From Bdellovibrio sp. (GTDB lineage Bacteria; Bdellovibrionota; Bdellovibrionia; Bdellovibrionales; Bdellovibrionaceae): 64,000 nt of DNA. Shown in pieces: positions 25,453 to 33,873 of the stretch (position 1 is the first letter of the stretch; every line of letters starts with the position of its first letter). The translations under genes and the position numbers were made by a program. The notes beneath the pieces are model-generated. The model was given only the letters and a program-made list of their open reading frames with translations, ran no database searches and was not told the DNA's origin. Location of the stretch: NCBI GenBank assembly GCA_013360185.1, contig JABWCO010000001.1:2560-66559 (forward strand). The letters are read 5' to 3'.

Positions 25453-28389
25453 TTAAAAACCAGTGATCTGGAAGGTGGTGCCGATGGTTCCTTCGTTTCC
25501 GGTGGCGCCATTGAAGGCGACATAGTAACCGACGACCACAGTTACAGGTAACAGGTAACCCAATGTCGTTTCTAACTTCACCTCGGCCCCCGCGCTGGCA
25601 AATGTGCGGTTCATCGTAACACTTTCGTAAACCATATCGCGATCATTTAAAAACGCACCTTCCGTGGCGGCCCCGTCGGCAATCAAGGCTCCGGAAAGGC
25701 GACGCAAGAAATACGGATCTGTTCCTGAACCGCGATAAATATCTTTCAAAGGAAAACGATATTCCAGATTGGCGGTTGCGAGGGTCCGTCCAAAGACTTG
25801 GCCCCGTTTATAACCCCGCAAAATATACTGCGGCAGCGGACTGTCAGAGTTAAACACCATCGAGTCAGTGGACACTCCATAAATCGCCGAAATTTTTTCC
25901 GGAGTATAAATGCCATTCACTCGCATAAGGACGGCGTGATGTTTTGGCAACCACGATGAAAGATACAATTCTCCGCCGGTCAGAAATTGCGAATGACTTA
26001 AATAACCTTCACTTTGAACGTAATTGTAAGCCCCCACGTAAGCACCACCGCCTGATTCTGGGGAAATTTGTGCGCCTGCTTTTGAATAATTGGCGTAATT
26101 TAACATCACCATCGGCCCGGTGCGCTTGGTTTGCGCCGTTTGGGAAGAGCGTTCCAGATACTGCCAGCCCAGTTGTAAGTTCGCATAGCGCGAAGCCCAG
26201 AACATGCTTGGTAACACAGCTAAGATTCCACCGTGGTCATTGATTTCGTTTGAAGTTGTGCCTAGGTAAGAACTGCGCTTAAAACCCAGCGCACTGATTG
26301 GCAACGAAGTGACTTGATTTAAGTAACTGCCTTCGATGCTGCCGCGATTCGTGCCAGTATCCCAAGAGCCGATCAAAGTGTAAGAGTGTTTTTTCAGTGG
26401 ATCAAAGCCCGAAGTCTGTGCAGTTAAAACCACGCCAGTTTCACTCGAGGAACCAGAAACAAACGGAAACCAATATTGAGGCCACAAGTACCCGTACGGG
26501 GAGTAGTCCTCAAGTTGGGACTCTTTTAAGGCAGCACTGACTTCAGGTTGCAAGGGAGCATTGTTTGCAACTTCAGGGTAGCGATCGGCGAACATGGGTG
26601 CGATCGTTGGTAACTGTGTCGGTGTCTTCTGCCACTCGTCCGCGGGAATAGCGACGACCTTCAAACCTTGCGAAGTCATTTGCGTCGCAAAAATTTCTTT
26701 GCGAATGGGGTCTATGTCGCCAGTAAAGAACGCGGTCAGTGCGTGAGAAATCGGACGCGCAGAGGATAAGTCGGCATCAGCCAAATAAAGATTCATCACG
26801 CCATTTTTACCAGAATTAAAGAGCAGACCCTCTGAAGTTTTTTTAGCAAAACGAATCTGCGGATATTCAGTCAAGATCGGCACCGCGCTTTTGCTAGCAA
26901 AGGTGTATTTATAAAGACGTTCGGAACCATCTTCTTTGCGCAAAGAAAATAAAATCGTTTCGTCATCCCAGAATTGTGGATACGACACGCGCTCTTGCAA
27001 AGCGGGGATGAACAAAATACTAGCGGCCCCTTCTGCTCCGGGGCGAAGTACGCCTAACGAGGTTTTGCCGCCCTCTAACTTCACAAAAGTGATCATCTCA
27101 CCGTTGGGGGACACTGCCGGTTCTCGAGCTCGCAAGCCCTTGCTTAAGCGCACCGTTTTCTTAGACTTTAAATCAAAAGAATAGAGGTCTGAATAGCGCT
27201 CGATACGATTGGTATAGTCAATTTTGTCATAGATTATTTTTTCAGAGTTCGGAAACCAGCTAATGCGTTGAATGCTGCCGCTCGGAGGGCCATCTTGATG
27301 CGTGCCGGGTTCAAACGCTTCGTTAAAGTTTTCAACGGTGTTGGCAGCCTTGGCATCTAGGAAGCTCTGTTCATTGGATTCTCGCATGATCAGTTTGATC
27401 GAGCGGGAACTGCTATCATCTTCAGCGACAACCGCCAAATACTTACCATCCGGAGAAATCGACGGCGCGGTGACCGAGGTAAATGCGTTTTTTGGTTGCA
27501 CCACGTGCGTAAGTTCCGCCTCGCGCAGTGTCTTCATTTGTTCTTGGGCTCGTACTGTGGTGTTTTCCATCATGCGGTTGTATGTTGCCGTATAACTTTG
27601 TCCTAAATTATCGCGCGCGGGTGTTTCAATAAAAAAGGGCACGCGGCCCCCGTGGCGTTCGTTCAAGGTTTCAGCAAGCTTAGCGCCTTTGTCGGCTAGC
27701 ATTTGACTCCACATCAAAGAGCCAAACAAATAAGGGCGCATCCCTTTGGGCCACGTCGGAATCACTTCGTTGGCTTCTGCGATATCAAAAGAGTCAAAAG
27801 TTCCGTCATCCACCATCGCGCGAATAGCTGCATCTTGAAAATAGGAACGTAAGCGGCCGTGATTGCCCAGGCGTGTTTCCATTTCCACGGCCAGCCCTTC
27901 TTTCCACCAGGTTGGCAGCAATAAATTCGGTGCGATGATATTTCCAAACAATAGGCGAAGTGGCTTCATCACGCCGTTAGCAGGTTCAAAAGTCAGGATG
28001 TGAGTGTACTCGTGGGCCAAAAGCTCAAAAGCCCAATCGCCAGAGTCACCTAGGGTTTCCTCGGGGCCTGGCAACACGGGATAGGCCATGATGTGTGGGT
28101 AAGGGATGCGTGTTGCATAGCCATTTGTGATATCGGTTTTATCATTGATGACCACGACCGTAACTTCAGGCATGGCTTTGAAATACTGGCGAAGTTCAAA
28201 GTAAGCTTTCTCCAGTTTTTCAGCATATAGCAGACCTAAGTCCTGCTGCTTGGCATTAAAGATAACCTCAAAGTGTGGGGTCTTGAGAGTCTTCCACTGA
28301 ACCCGCGGCGGCACTTCAAGTTGTGCGATCGCCGAGAGTGAAGTGAGTAAACAAATGCTTAAAAAAAGGGAACCAAGTTTTTTGTACAT
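25453..28389 (-). CDS. Outer-membrane fusion protein: Peptidase_MA-like (HExxH) + PD40/TolB-like repeats + Omp85/BamA-type beta-barrel
   Basis: Signal peptide. HEYTH (nt 28000-28014) followed by WWKEGLAVE. SPDGKYLAV and SPNGEMITFV repeats. C-terminal ILRGYKRGQVFG...NLEYRFPL, ending QITGF. Confidence 0.85.
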   Translation of the reverse strand: MYKKLGSLFLSICLLTSLSAIAQLEVPPRVQWKTLKTPHFEVIFNAKQQDLGLLYAEKLEKAYFELRQYFKAMPEVTVVVINDKTDITNGYATRIPYPHIMAYPVLPGPEETLGDSGDWAFELLAHEYTHILTFEPANGVMKPLRLLFGNIIAPNLLLPTWWKEGLAVEMETRLGNHGRLRSYFQDAAIRAMVDDGTFDSFDIAEANEVIPTWPKGMRPYLFGSLMWSQMLADKGAKLAETLNERHGGRVPFFIETPARDNLGQSYTATYNRMMENTTVRAQEQMKTLREAELTHVVQPKNAFTSVTAPSISPDGKYLAVVAEDDSSSRSIKLIMRESNEQSFLDAKAANTVENFNEAFEPGTHQDGPPSGSIQRISWFPNSEKIIYDKIDYTNRIERYSDLYSFDLKSKKTVRLSKGLRAREPAVSPNGEMITFVKLEGGKTSLGVLRPGAEGAASILFIPALQERVSYPQFWDDETILFSLRKEDGSERLYKYTFASKSAVPILTEYPQIRFAKKTSEGLLFNSGKNGVMNLYLADADLSSARPISHALTAFFTGDIDPIRKEIFATQMTSQGLKVVAIPADEWQKTPTQLPTIAPMFADRYPEVANNAPLQPEVSAALKESQLEDYSPYGYLWPQYWFPFVSGSSSETGVVLTAQTSGFDPLKKHSYTLIGSWDTGTNRGSIEGSYLNQVTSLPISALGFKRSSYLGTTSNEINDHGGILAVLPSMFWASRYANLQLGWQYLERSSQTAQTKRTGPMVMLNYANYSKAGAQISPESGGGAYVGAYNYVQSEGYLSHSQFLTGGELYLSSWLPKHHAVLMRVNGIYTPEKISAIYGVSTDSMVFNSDSPLPQYILRGYKRGQVFGRTLATANLEYRFPLKDIYRGSGTDPYFLRRLSGALIADGAATEGAFLNDRDMVYESVTMNRTFASAGAEVKLETTLGYLLPVTVVVGYYVAFNGATGNEGTIGTTFQITGF

Positions 28390-28439
28390 AATTTGTCTTA
28401 GCCGTACAGCAACACAACATCAATTAGGAAATCTAAGGT

Positions 28440-28467
28440 TTGACAATGAGCTGCGATAAATTAAAGT
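28440..28467 (+). promoter_or_regulatory. Candidate sigma70-type promoter for pal
   Basis: TTGACA-N16-TAAAGT, about 45 nt upstream of the pal RBS AGGAGG. Confidence 0.3.
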
Positions 28468-28513
28468 TTTTATCTGTAAATGATAACTTTAGGAACTTCA
28501 TTAGGAGGACATC

Positions 28514-29011
28514 ATGTTTCGTAAATTGGCTCTAGGTCTTGTCGCTTGTGCAATGGTAGTTGGCTGTAAAGGTAAGCAAACTCAATCTGATGAATCAATT
28601 CAGACTATGCCAACAGGCGCTGGTATCGACTCTTCACCACTTAGCTATGATCCAATGGGTTCAGACTCGGGTAAAATCGATGGTCTAGTTACTGTGCACT
28701 TTGGCTACGATAAAGCCAATTTGGATGCTAAATCTAAAAAGGATGTAGCAACGAACGTAGCTTGGATGAAAGCAAATCCAAAAGCGAAAGTTCAAATTGA
28801 AGGTCACTGTGACTCTCGTGGTACTATTGAGTACAACGTAGCATTGGGTGAAAGACGTGCGAATGCAGTTAAAGCCTACATGGTAAGCTCTGGTATTTCT
28901 GCAGATCGTTTAAGCGTTATCAGCTACGGTAAAGAAAAACCTCTTGAGACAGGTGATTCTGAGTCTGCATGGGCAAAAAACCGCCGTGCAAACTTTGTCC
29001 CTGCTCAATAA
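28514..29011 (+). CDS. pal: Peptidoglycan-associated lipoprotein Pal (OmpA family)
   Basis: Lipobox VVGCKG. OmpA-C-like block VHFGYDKANLD...IEGHCDSRGTIEYNVALGERRANAVKAYM. Confidence 0.9.
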   Translation: MFRKLALGLVACAMVVGCKGKQTQSDESIQTMPTGAGIDSSPLSYDPMGSDSGKIDGLVTVHFGYDKANLDAKSKKDVATNVAWMKANPKAKVQIEGHCDSRGTIEYNVALGERRANAVKAYMVSSGISADRLSVISYGKEKPLETGDSESAWAKNRRANFVPAQ

Positions 29012-29037
29012 TTGTTGAGACATAGAAAGGGTGCGGA

Positions 29038-29349
29038 GTGAAACTACAAAGACTGATCATCGGAATTTTACTTTTCACGGTGATCGTTAGTTGTCAGACA
29101 GTTCCCGCACCTATCGAGGATTATTCCTTCGCACGAGCGGCCATTGAAGCCGCTCGTTCTGTTCAAGCGGCCCGCCATTCCCCTGGGTATTGGCATCAAG
29201 CTGAAGAAGCTTATCGCAAGGGTCGTATTTATTTTGAAGATCGTGATTTCGCTAAAGCAAAAGAACAATTTGTTCGTGCCCGCATCGCTGCTGAAAGAGC
29301 AGAAAATTCCGCACGTTTAATTCGCCAAAGAACGGGAGATGTTCTATGA
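29038..29349 (+). CDS. DUF4398-like small lipoprotein
   Basis: Lipobox-like VIVSCQ. Helical region FARAAIEAARSVQAARHSPGYWHQAEEAYRKG. GTG start. Confidence 0.65.
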   Translation: MKLQRLIIGILLFTVIVSCQTVPAPIEDYSFARAAIEAARSVQAARHSPGYWHQAEEAYRKGRIYFEDRDFAKAKEQFVRARIAAERAENSARLIRQRTGDVL

Positions 29350-30014
29350 AGTTTGCTGTTGTATTAATTTTATCCGCTCTTTTTTTAAGCGGCTGCTTGA
29401 AAACACGTAATGAAGTTCGTGATAATGAGCAGCGTCAAGTACAGCAGCAACAAACCGTTTCGATGCAAAAAGCGGAAGCATCCAGCCGAGTCACTGATTT
29501 GGAAGAGCAAATTCGCGAACTTACTGGTCGCGTGGATGTTGTGGAAAATCGTCAGGGGCAAAGCAACTCTGGGGTTGAAAATGCCTTGAAGACCTCGAGC
29601 GAACAAAATCGGGACCTCAACCAAAAAGTAGCCATCTTGCAAGAAGCTTTGATCAAGATGGAAAAAGATGTCTATGCCTTGAATGCAGAAATCGGGGCGC
29701 TCAAGGCACAAAAGGCCGCCGCTCAAGCTGAAGCCGTGGCGGCAAAAAATACTAAAAAAGACCACTTCGAAGCTGCGCAAAAGTCTTTCGACAGCAAAGA
29801 GTGGAAACAAGCCATCCTCAGTTATCAAAAATACCGTGATGAATATCCTAAAGGTCAAAAATTTGCCGATGCGACCTATAAAATCGGAGTTTCCTTCCAG
29901 GAACTGGGCATGAAAGACGAAGCAAAGACCTTTTATGACGAAGTTATTGGTAAATTTCCTAAGTCAGAAGAGGCCCGTCGTGCTAAGATCCGTTTGAAGG
30001 GTCTTAAAAAGTAA
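29346..30014 (+). CDS. cpoB: Tol-Pal system protein YbgF/CpoB (coiled coil + TPR)
   Basis: Lipobox-like FLSGC, an N-terminal coiled coil, and the C-terminal TPR-like WKQAILSYQKYRDEYPKGQKFADATYKIGVSFQELG. It sits after pal. Confidence 0.8.
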   Translation: MKFAVVLILSALFLSGCLKTRNEVRDNEQRQVQQQQTVSMQKAEASSRVTDLEEQIRELTGRVDVVENRQGQSNSGVENALKTSSEQNRDLNQKVAILQEALIKMEKDVYALNAEIGALKAQKAAAQAEAVAAKNTKKDHFEAAQKSFDSKEWKQAILSYQKYRDEYPKGQKFADATYKIGVSFQELGMKDEAKTFYDEVIGKFPKSEEARRAKIRLKGLKK

Positions 30015-30018
30015 TATC

Positions 30019-31056
30019 GTGATTGAAAAAGTTCTGGCCATTGAAACAAGCTGTGATGACACCTCGGTGGCGATTGTGGATCGTAGCGGATGGGTGCACT
30101 CTGTTGTTGCCGCGTCTCAAGATCTAGAACATGAAATTTACGGTGGTATTGTTCCTGAAATCGCGGCCCGTAATCACTCCATCGCTCTGATTCCTTTAAT
30201 CGAAGAAGCCTTTAAAAAAGCCGACATGTCTTGGAAAGACGTGCAGGGCATTGCTGTCACCAATCGACCCGGTCTGATCGGAGCTTTGATCGTAGGCTTA
30301 GTCACGGCAAAGTCTCTTTCTCAAGCCAAAAAAATTCCCTTCTTAGGGGTCAATCATCTCGAGGGTCATCTACTTGCACCGTTTTTGCGAGACGCCCACT
30401 ATGCGCCTCCGGACGATTTTGATTATCCGTATGTGGGTCTTGCGATCAGCGGGGGACACACCAGTCTTTATCAAATCAAGGGTTTGGGGGATTATCGCGT
30501 TTTGGGTGCGACGAAAGATGATGCCGCCGGGGAATGTTTTGATAAGTTTGCTAAAATGGCGGGCTTAGGTTTTCCAGGCGGAGTTAAAGTCGACCAAATG
30601 GCGAAAACCGGGAATCCCCATGCATTTGAATTTCCGCGCAGCATGATCCATGACGATACTTTCGACATGAGCTTTTCAGGCTTAAAGTCTGCTGGGCAAA
30701 GAATGCTGGAACAGCTGGGCCCAGAATTAGTGCAAGAACAATTGCCAGATCTGTGTGCCTCCTTCCAAGAAGCAATTGTCGACGTGTTGATTGCCAAATT
30801 AGACAAAGCCGCCAAAATATTTCGCGCGAAGCGTGTGATCTTAACCGGGGGAGTGAGTGCAAACTCACGCCTGCGTGCCCGAGCTGAAGAGTGGGCGCAG
30901 AAAAAAGGTTTAAGCTTGGTCGTGCCGCCGATTCGCTATTGTACAGACAATGCTGCCATGATCGGTTATGCCGGAATTTTACGAATGAACGCCGGTGAAG
31001 TTTCCACTTTAGATTTAGGACCTTCACCTCAAGCCTTAACCACGGATTTTCGATGA
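30019..31056 (+). CDS. tsaD: tRNA N6-adenosine threonylcarbamoyltransferase TsaD
   Basis: VLAIETSCDDTSVAIV, VNHLEGHLLAP and LAISGGHTSL. Confidence 0.9.
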   Translation: MIEKVLAIETSCDDTSVAIVDRSGWVHSVVAASQDLEHEIYGGIVPEIAARNHSIALIPLIEEAFKKADMSWKDVQGIAVTNRPGLIGALIVGLVTAKSLSQAKKIPFLGVNHLEGHLLAPFLRDAHYAPPDDFDYPYVGLAISGGHTSLYQIKGLGDYRVLGATKDDAAGECFDKFAKMAGLGFPGGVKVDQMAKTGNPHAFEFPRSMIHDDTFDMSFSGLKSAGQRMLEQLGPELVQEQLPDLCASFQEAIVDVLIAKLDKAAKIFRAKRVILTGGVSANSRLRARAEEWAQKKGLSLVVPPIRYCTDNAAMIGYAGILRMNAGEVSTLDLGPSPQALTTDFR

Positions 31057-31880
31057 GCCAAGCCCGCGAACGTTTAAATAAAGCTTTAGAAGAGCTGGGT
31101 ATCTTGGCCCGAAAATCTTTGGGTCAAAATTTTTTGGTTAGTGACACGGTGATTGAAAGAATCATCGATCAGGTCAAAGAATTTCAGCCCGAAGTTTTAG
31201 TGGAAGTGGGGCCAGGCCCTGGTGCCTTAACAGATTATCTTTTACAGATGAATGTGCCGCTGACAGTGATCGAATTAGACCGTGTGATCGCTGCCTACTG
31301 GAAAGAAAAAGGTTTAAACGTTCTGGAAGAAGACGCTTTACGCTTGTCTTGGGAGCAATTTTATTCAGATAAAAAATTGGTCTTTGTCAGCAATCTGCCT
31401 TATCAAATTTCTTCAAGTATTGTCATTGATCGCTCCATCGAAAACCGCGGGCCAGAACATATGGTTTTGATGTTTCAAAAAGAAGTCGCACAAAGAATTC
31501 GTGCGGCCGCGCAGTCAGAGCACTATGGCCTGCTAAGTGTGATTGCACAAACATTTTGGAAAATCCATATGGTGACGGAAGCGGGTCCTCGGGATTTTTC
31601 ACCGGCACCCAAAGTCGCTAGCCGTGTTCTGGCGTTCACGCGTCTGGCCACGGACATCAAGAACCGCAAGGCTTTCCTGGCCTTTGTGAAAGCGGCATTC
31701 GCACAGCGACGTAAGCTTTTAAAGAAAAATTTGGCTGGTATTTTATCTCAAAAGAAAGTAACTGAAGAGTCTCTGATCCAGTGGCTGGCAGAGCTTGGCT
31801 TTAAAGAAACGGCTCGCGCCGAAGAATTGAGCCCAGCACAATTTGTGACCTTGTATAAGAAGTTCGGACTGGAACCATGA
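31053..31880 (+). CDS. rsmA: 16S rRNA dimethyladenosine transferase RsmA/KsgA
   Basis: KSLGQNFLVSDTVIERII, VEVGPGPGALT and SNLPYQISS. Confidence 0.9.
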   Translation: MSQARERLNKALEELGILARKSLGQNFLVSDTVIERIIDQVKEFQPEVLVEVGPGPGALTDYLLQMNVPLTVIELDRVIAAYWKEKGLNVLEEDALRLSWEQFYSDKKLVFVSNLPYQISSSIVIDRSIENRGPEHMVLMFQKEVAQRIRAAAQSEHYGLLSVIAQTFWKIHMVTEAGPRDFSPAPKVASRVLAFTRLATDIKNRKAFLAFVKAAFAQRRKLLKKNLAGILSQKKVTEESLIQWLAELGFKETARAEELSPAQFVTLYKKFGLEP

Positions 31881-32332
31881 GCAACATCCTGATCATTCAA
31901 GAGAACAAAAAAGCTCGCTTTGACTATACGATCGTAGAAACCTACGAAGCGGGTTTGCAGCTTATGGGCAGCGAAGTGAAATCTTTGCGCGCCAAAGACG
32001 TTCAATTGAAGGATTCGTATATCAGTTTTCGGGGTGATGAGGCGTTCTTGCAAAATGCCCATATCGCGGAATACAAAGCATCCAGCTATAACAATCATGC
32101 GCCCGAAAGATTGCGCAAGCTGCTTTTGAATCGCAAAGAGCTGGATGAAATATTTGGTGCCCTTCGGGAAAAGGGTTACTCCTGTGTGCCTTTGAAAATT
32201 TATTTTAAAGAGGGTCGCGCTAAGTTAGAAATCGCTTTGGTAAAAGGTAAAAAGACCCATGACAAACGCGAAGCTATTAAGAAACGCGACGTTTCTGATC
32301 AAATTCGTTCAACTCTAAGACGGTCTCGCTAG
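31877..32332 (+). CDS. smpB: SsrA-binding protein SmpB
   Basis: NKKARFDYTIVETYEAGLQLMGSEVKSLR and the C-terminal KGKKTHDKREAIKKRD. Confidence 0.9.
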   Translation: MSNILIIQENKKARFDYTIVETYEAGLQLMGSEVKSLRAKDVQLKDSYISFRGDEAFLQNAHIAEYKASSYNNHAPERLRKLLLNRKELDEIFGALREKGYSCVPLKIYFKEGRAKLEIALVKGKKTHDKREAIKKRDVSDQIRSTLRRSR

Positions 32333-32936
32333 TAATAAACTCTTCTTGAATACCAAGACGAGATCTTTTTTCAGATAACAGATGTTTCCAAGCAGCGTAG
32401 GCCTCACGATTCTGTGGGTCGATGCTTAGTTTTTCTAAAAGTTTTAATTCGGTTTCGGTATTGGCTTTCAGAGATCTATAAAAGTAATCATAGGTCATGG
32501 AAAGATCGCGAAAGTCGTCTTCTTCTGGAATCGGATAATCTGGAACGTTCCATTGGCCCAACATCAACTTGTGCATGTGACTTTCCATTGTAATTAACGG
32601 TGAAAGCAGGTTGCGGGTCATGCGAATACTTAACAACAAGGTTGCCGCCGTCAGGAATATAAAGCTGGCAGCTAAAAAAATTCGTAACCAGGTTACTTCA
32701 CGTTCCAAATGCTGGACCAAGTGCGGGTGTGTGTCATAAGCAAGGCTGGTGAACAGGTTATAGTTTTGATTGATAAAGAAATATGAGGGTAACAGAAATA
32801 AAAAGGCACCGCCGACAACCGCAGTTACCATGTACCAACAGTATTTGTACTGAAATGTTTTATTCAGGATGAACCGGCGGGAGGCCGGCCCTTGGGATAC
32901 TCGTTGTGGTTCGATGACTCTTCGTCCGTATAACAT
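32277..32936 (-). CDS. Two-TM membrane protein with cytoplasmic helical domain
   Basis: Hydrophobic segments YMVTAVVGGAFLFLLPSYFF and LRIFLAASFIFLTAATLLL. Its 3' end overlaps the smpB 3' end. Confidence 0.6.
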   Translation of the reverse strand: MLYGRRVIEPQRVSQGPASRRFILNKTFQYKYCWYMVTAVVGGAFLFLLPSYFFINQNYNLFTSLAYDTHPHLVQHLEREVTWLRIFLAASFIFLTAATLLLSIRMTRNLLSPLITMESHMHKLMLGQWNVPDYPIPEEDDFRDLSMTYDYFYRSLKANTETELKLLEKLSIDPQNREAYAAWKHLLSEKRSRLGIQEEFITSETVLELNEFDQKRRVS

Positions 32937-33023
32937 ATGATCAACTTATCGGTGGGTTGTGTTTTCCTTAGAGTCCAATTATTCTCAAAATTAGAATTTT
33001 CAACACCGAAACAGGAGCACAAC

Positions 33024-33806
33024 ATGAGTTTATCACGTTATATCGCGGCCAGAGTCTCGTCGTTTCAAGAAACAAACCGACAAAGGTCGGGAATTGGCGC
33101 TGTTTTGTTGATGCCCTTAATGGTTTTTTTTCTAACATCATTTGCCAAAGCAGAAGACACGACCTTGGTCGACGAAAAATACTCTTTGAAAGCGGATCGC
33201 GAAGCTTTTGAAGCCTTACGTAAAGATATTCCACCAGAGCGGCAAAAAGAAAACGACGAAAAAGCCTTTATGGATCAGATGATGGCGGATCTTTCTAAGA
33301 ATCCCTCAGAGGTGCGCAGCAAGTTTTCGGGTATCATCAACAAGAAGCGCGAGCTCTTTAATAAAGACATGACCAAAGAACGCGAAAAGTTCAGCAAAGA
33401 GCAAACCAAGGCGCGCGAAGCCTTTTCCAAAGAACAAGCCGGACAACGCAAAGATTTCTCTAAACGCAAAGCCAGCTCGGACGAGCGCAAAGAATTTTTT
33501 GATGACTTGGAAGGCAAGCGCAAAGACTTCTATTCGGAGCAAAAAGAAAAACGTGACGAGTTCGAAGCAAATACTCGCGATAAGCGCAAAAATTTTGATG
33601 ACTATATCCGTTCTAAAACAGACGAATTCAATCAATTGCACCGTGATTATACAAAACGCTATGACGAAAATAAAAAAGCCCAAAGTGACTTAAAAAAGCA
33701 GGCCGAAGAAAAGCGCAAGCAGCAACAAAAAAACTTAGACCAGGAATACGACGCGATCAAAAAACAAACGCCCACAATTCTTTCTCCCCAAGAAGGGGGG
33801 CGCTAG
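33024..33806 (+). CDS. Secreted Lys/Glu/Arg-rich protein with 11-residue periodic repeats
   Basis: AGGAG at 33013-33017 precedes the ATG at 33024. Hydrophobic leader GAVLLMPLMVFFLTSFAKA. Ten consecutive aromatic-to-aromatic intervals: nine of 11 residues and one of 13. Confidence 0.75.
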   Translation: MSLSRYIAARVSSFQETNRQRSGIGAVLLMPLMVFFLTSFAKAEDTTLVDEKYSLKADREAFEALRKDIPPERQKENDEKAFMDQMMADLSKNPSEVRSKFSGIINKKRELFNKDMTKEREKFSKEQTKAREAFSKEQAGQRKDFSKRKASSDERKEFFDDLEGKRKDFYSEQKEKRDEFEANTRDKRKNFDDYIRSKTDEFNQLHRDYTKRYDENKKAQSDLKKQAEEKRKQQQKNLDQEYDAIKKQTPTILSPQEGGR

Positions 33807-33821
33807 GCCTTAATAAAGGGA

Positions 33822-33867
33822 AGCTATCGAAGCTGAAAAGTTCAACTTCGATAGCTAGAAGTTTTTT
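33822..33867. terminator. Bidirectional hairpin terminator between the two repeat-protein genes
   Basis: 11-bp stem agctatcgaag/cttcgatagct (33822-33832 / 33846-33856), with gtttttt 4 nt downstream. Confidence 0.7.
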
Positions 33868-33873
33868 GGTTAT

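Noticed and set aside
29385-29858. A 157-aa antisense ORF lies inside ybgF/cpoB.
   Set aside because: It is a shadow of a well-supported coiled-coil/TPR gene and has no independent signals.
32333-32400. I looked for a tmRNA (ssrA) gene next to smpB.
   Set aside because: The sequence downstream of smpB is immediately occupied by a minus-strand CDS. There is no tRNA-like acceptor or T-arm and no tag-reading-frame features.
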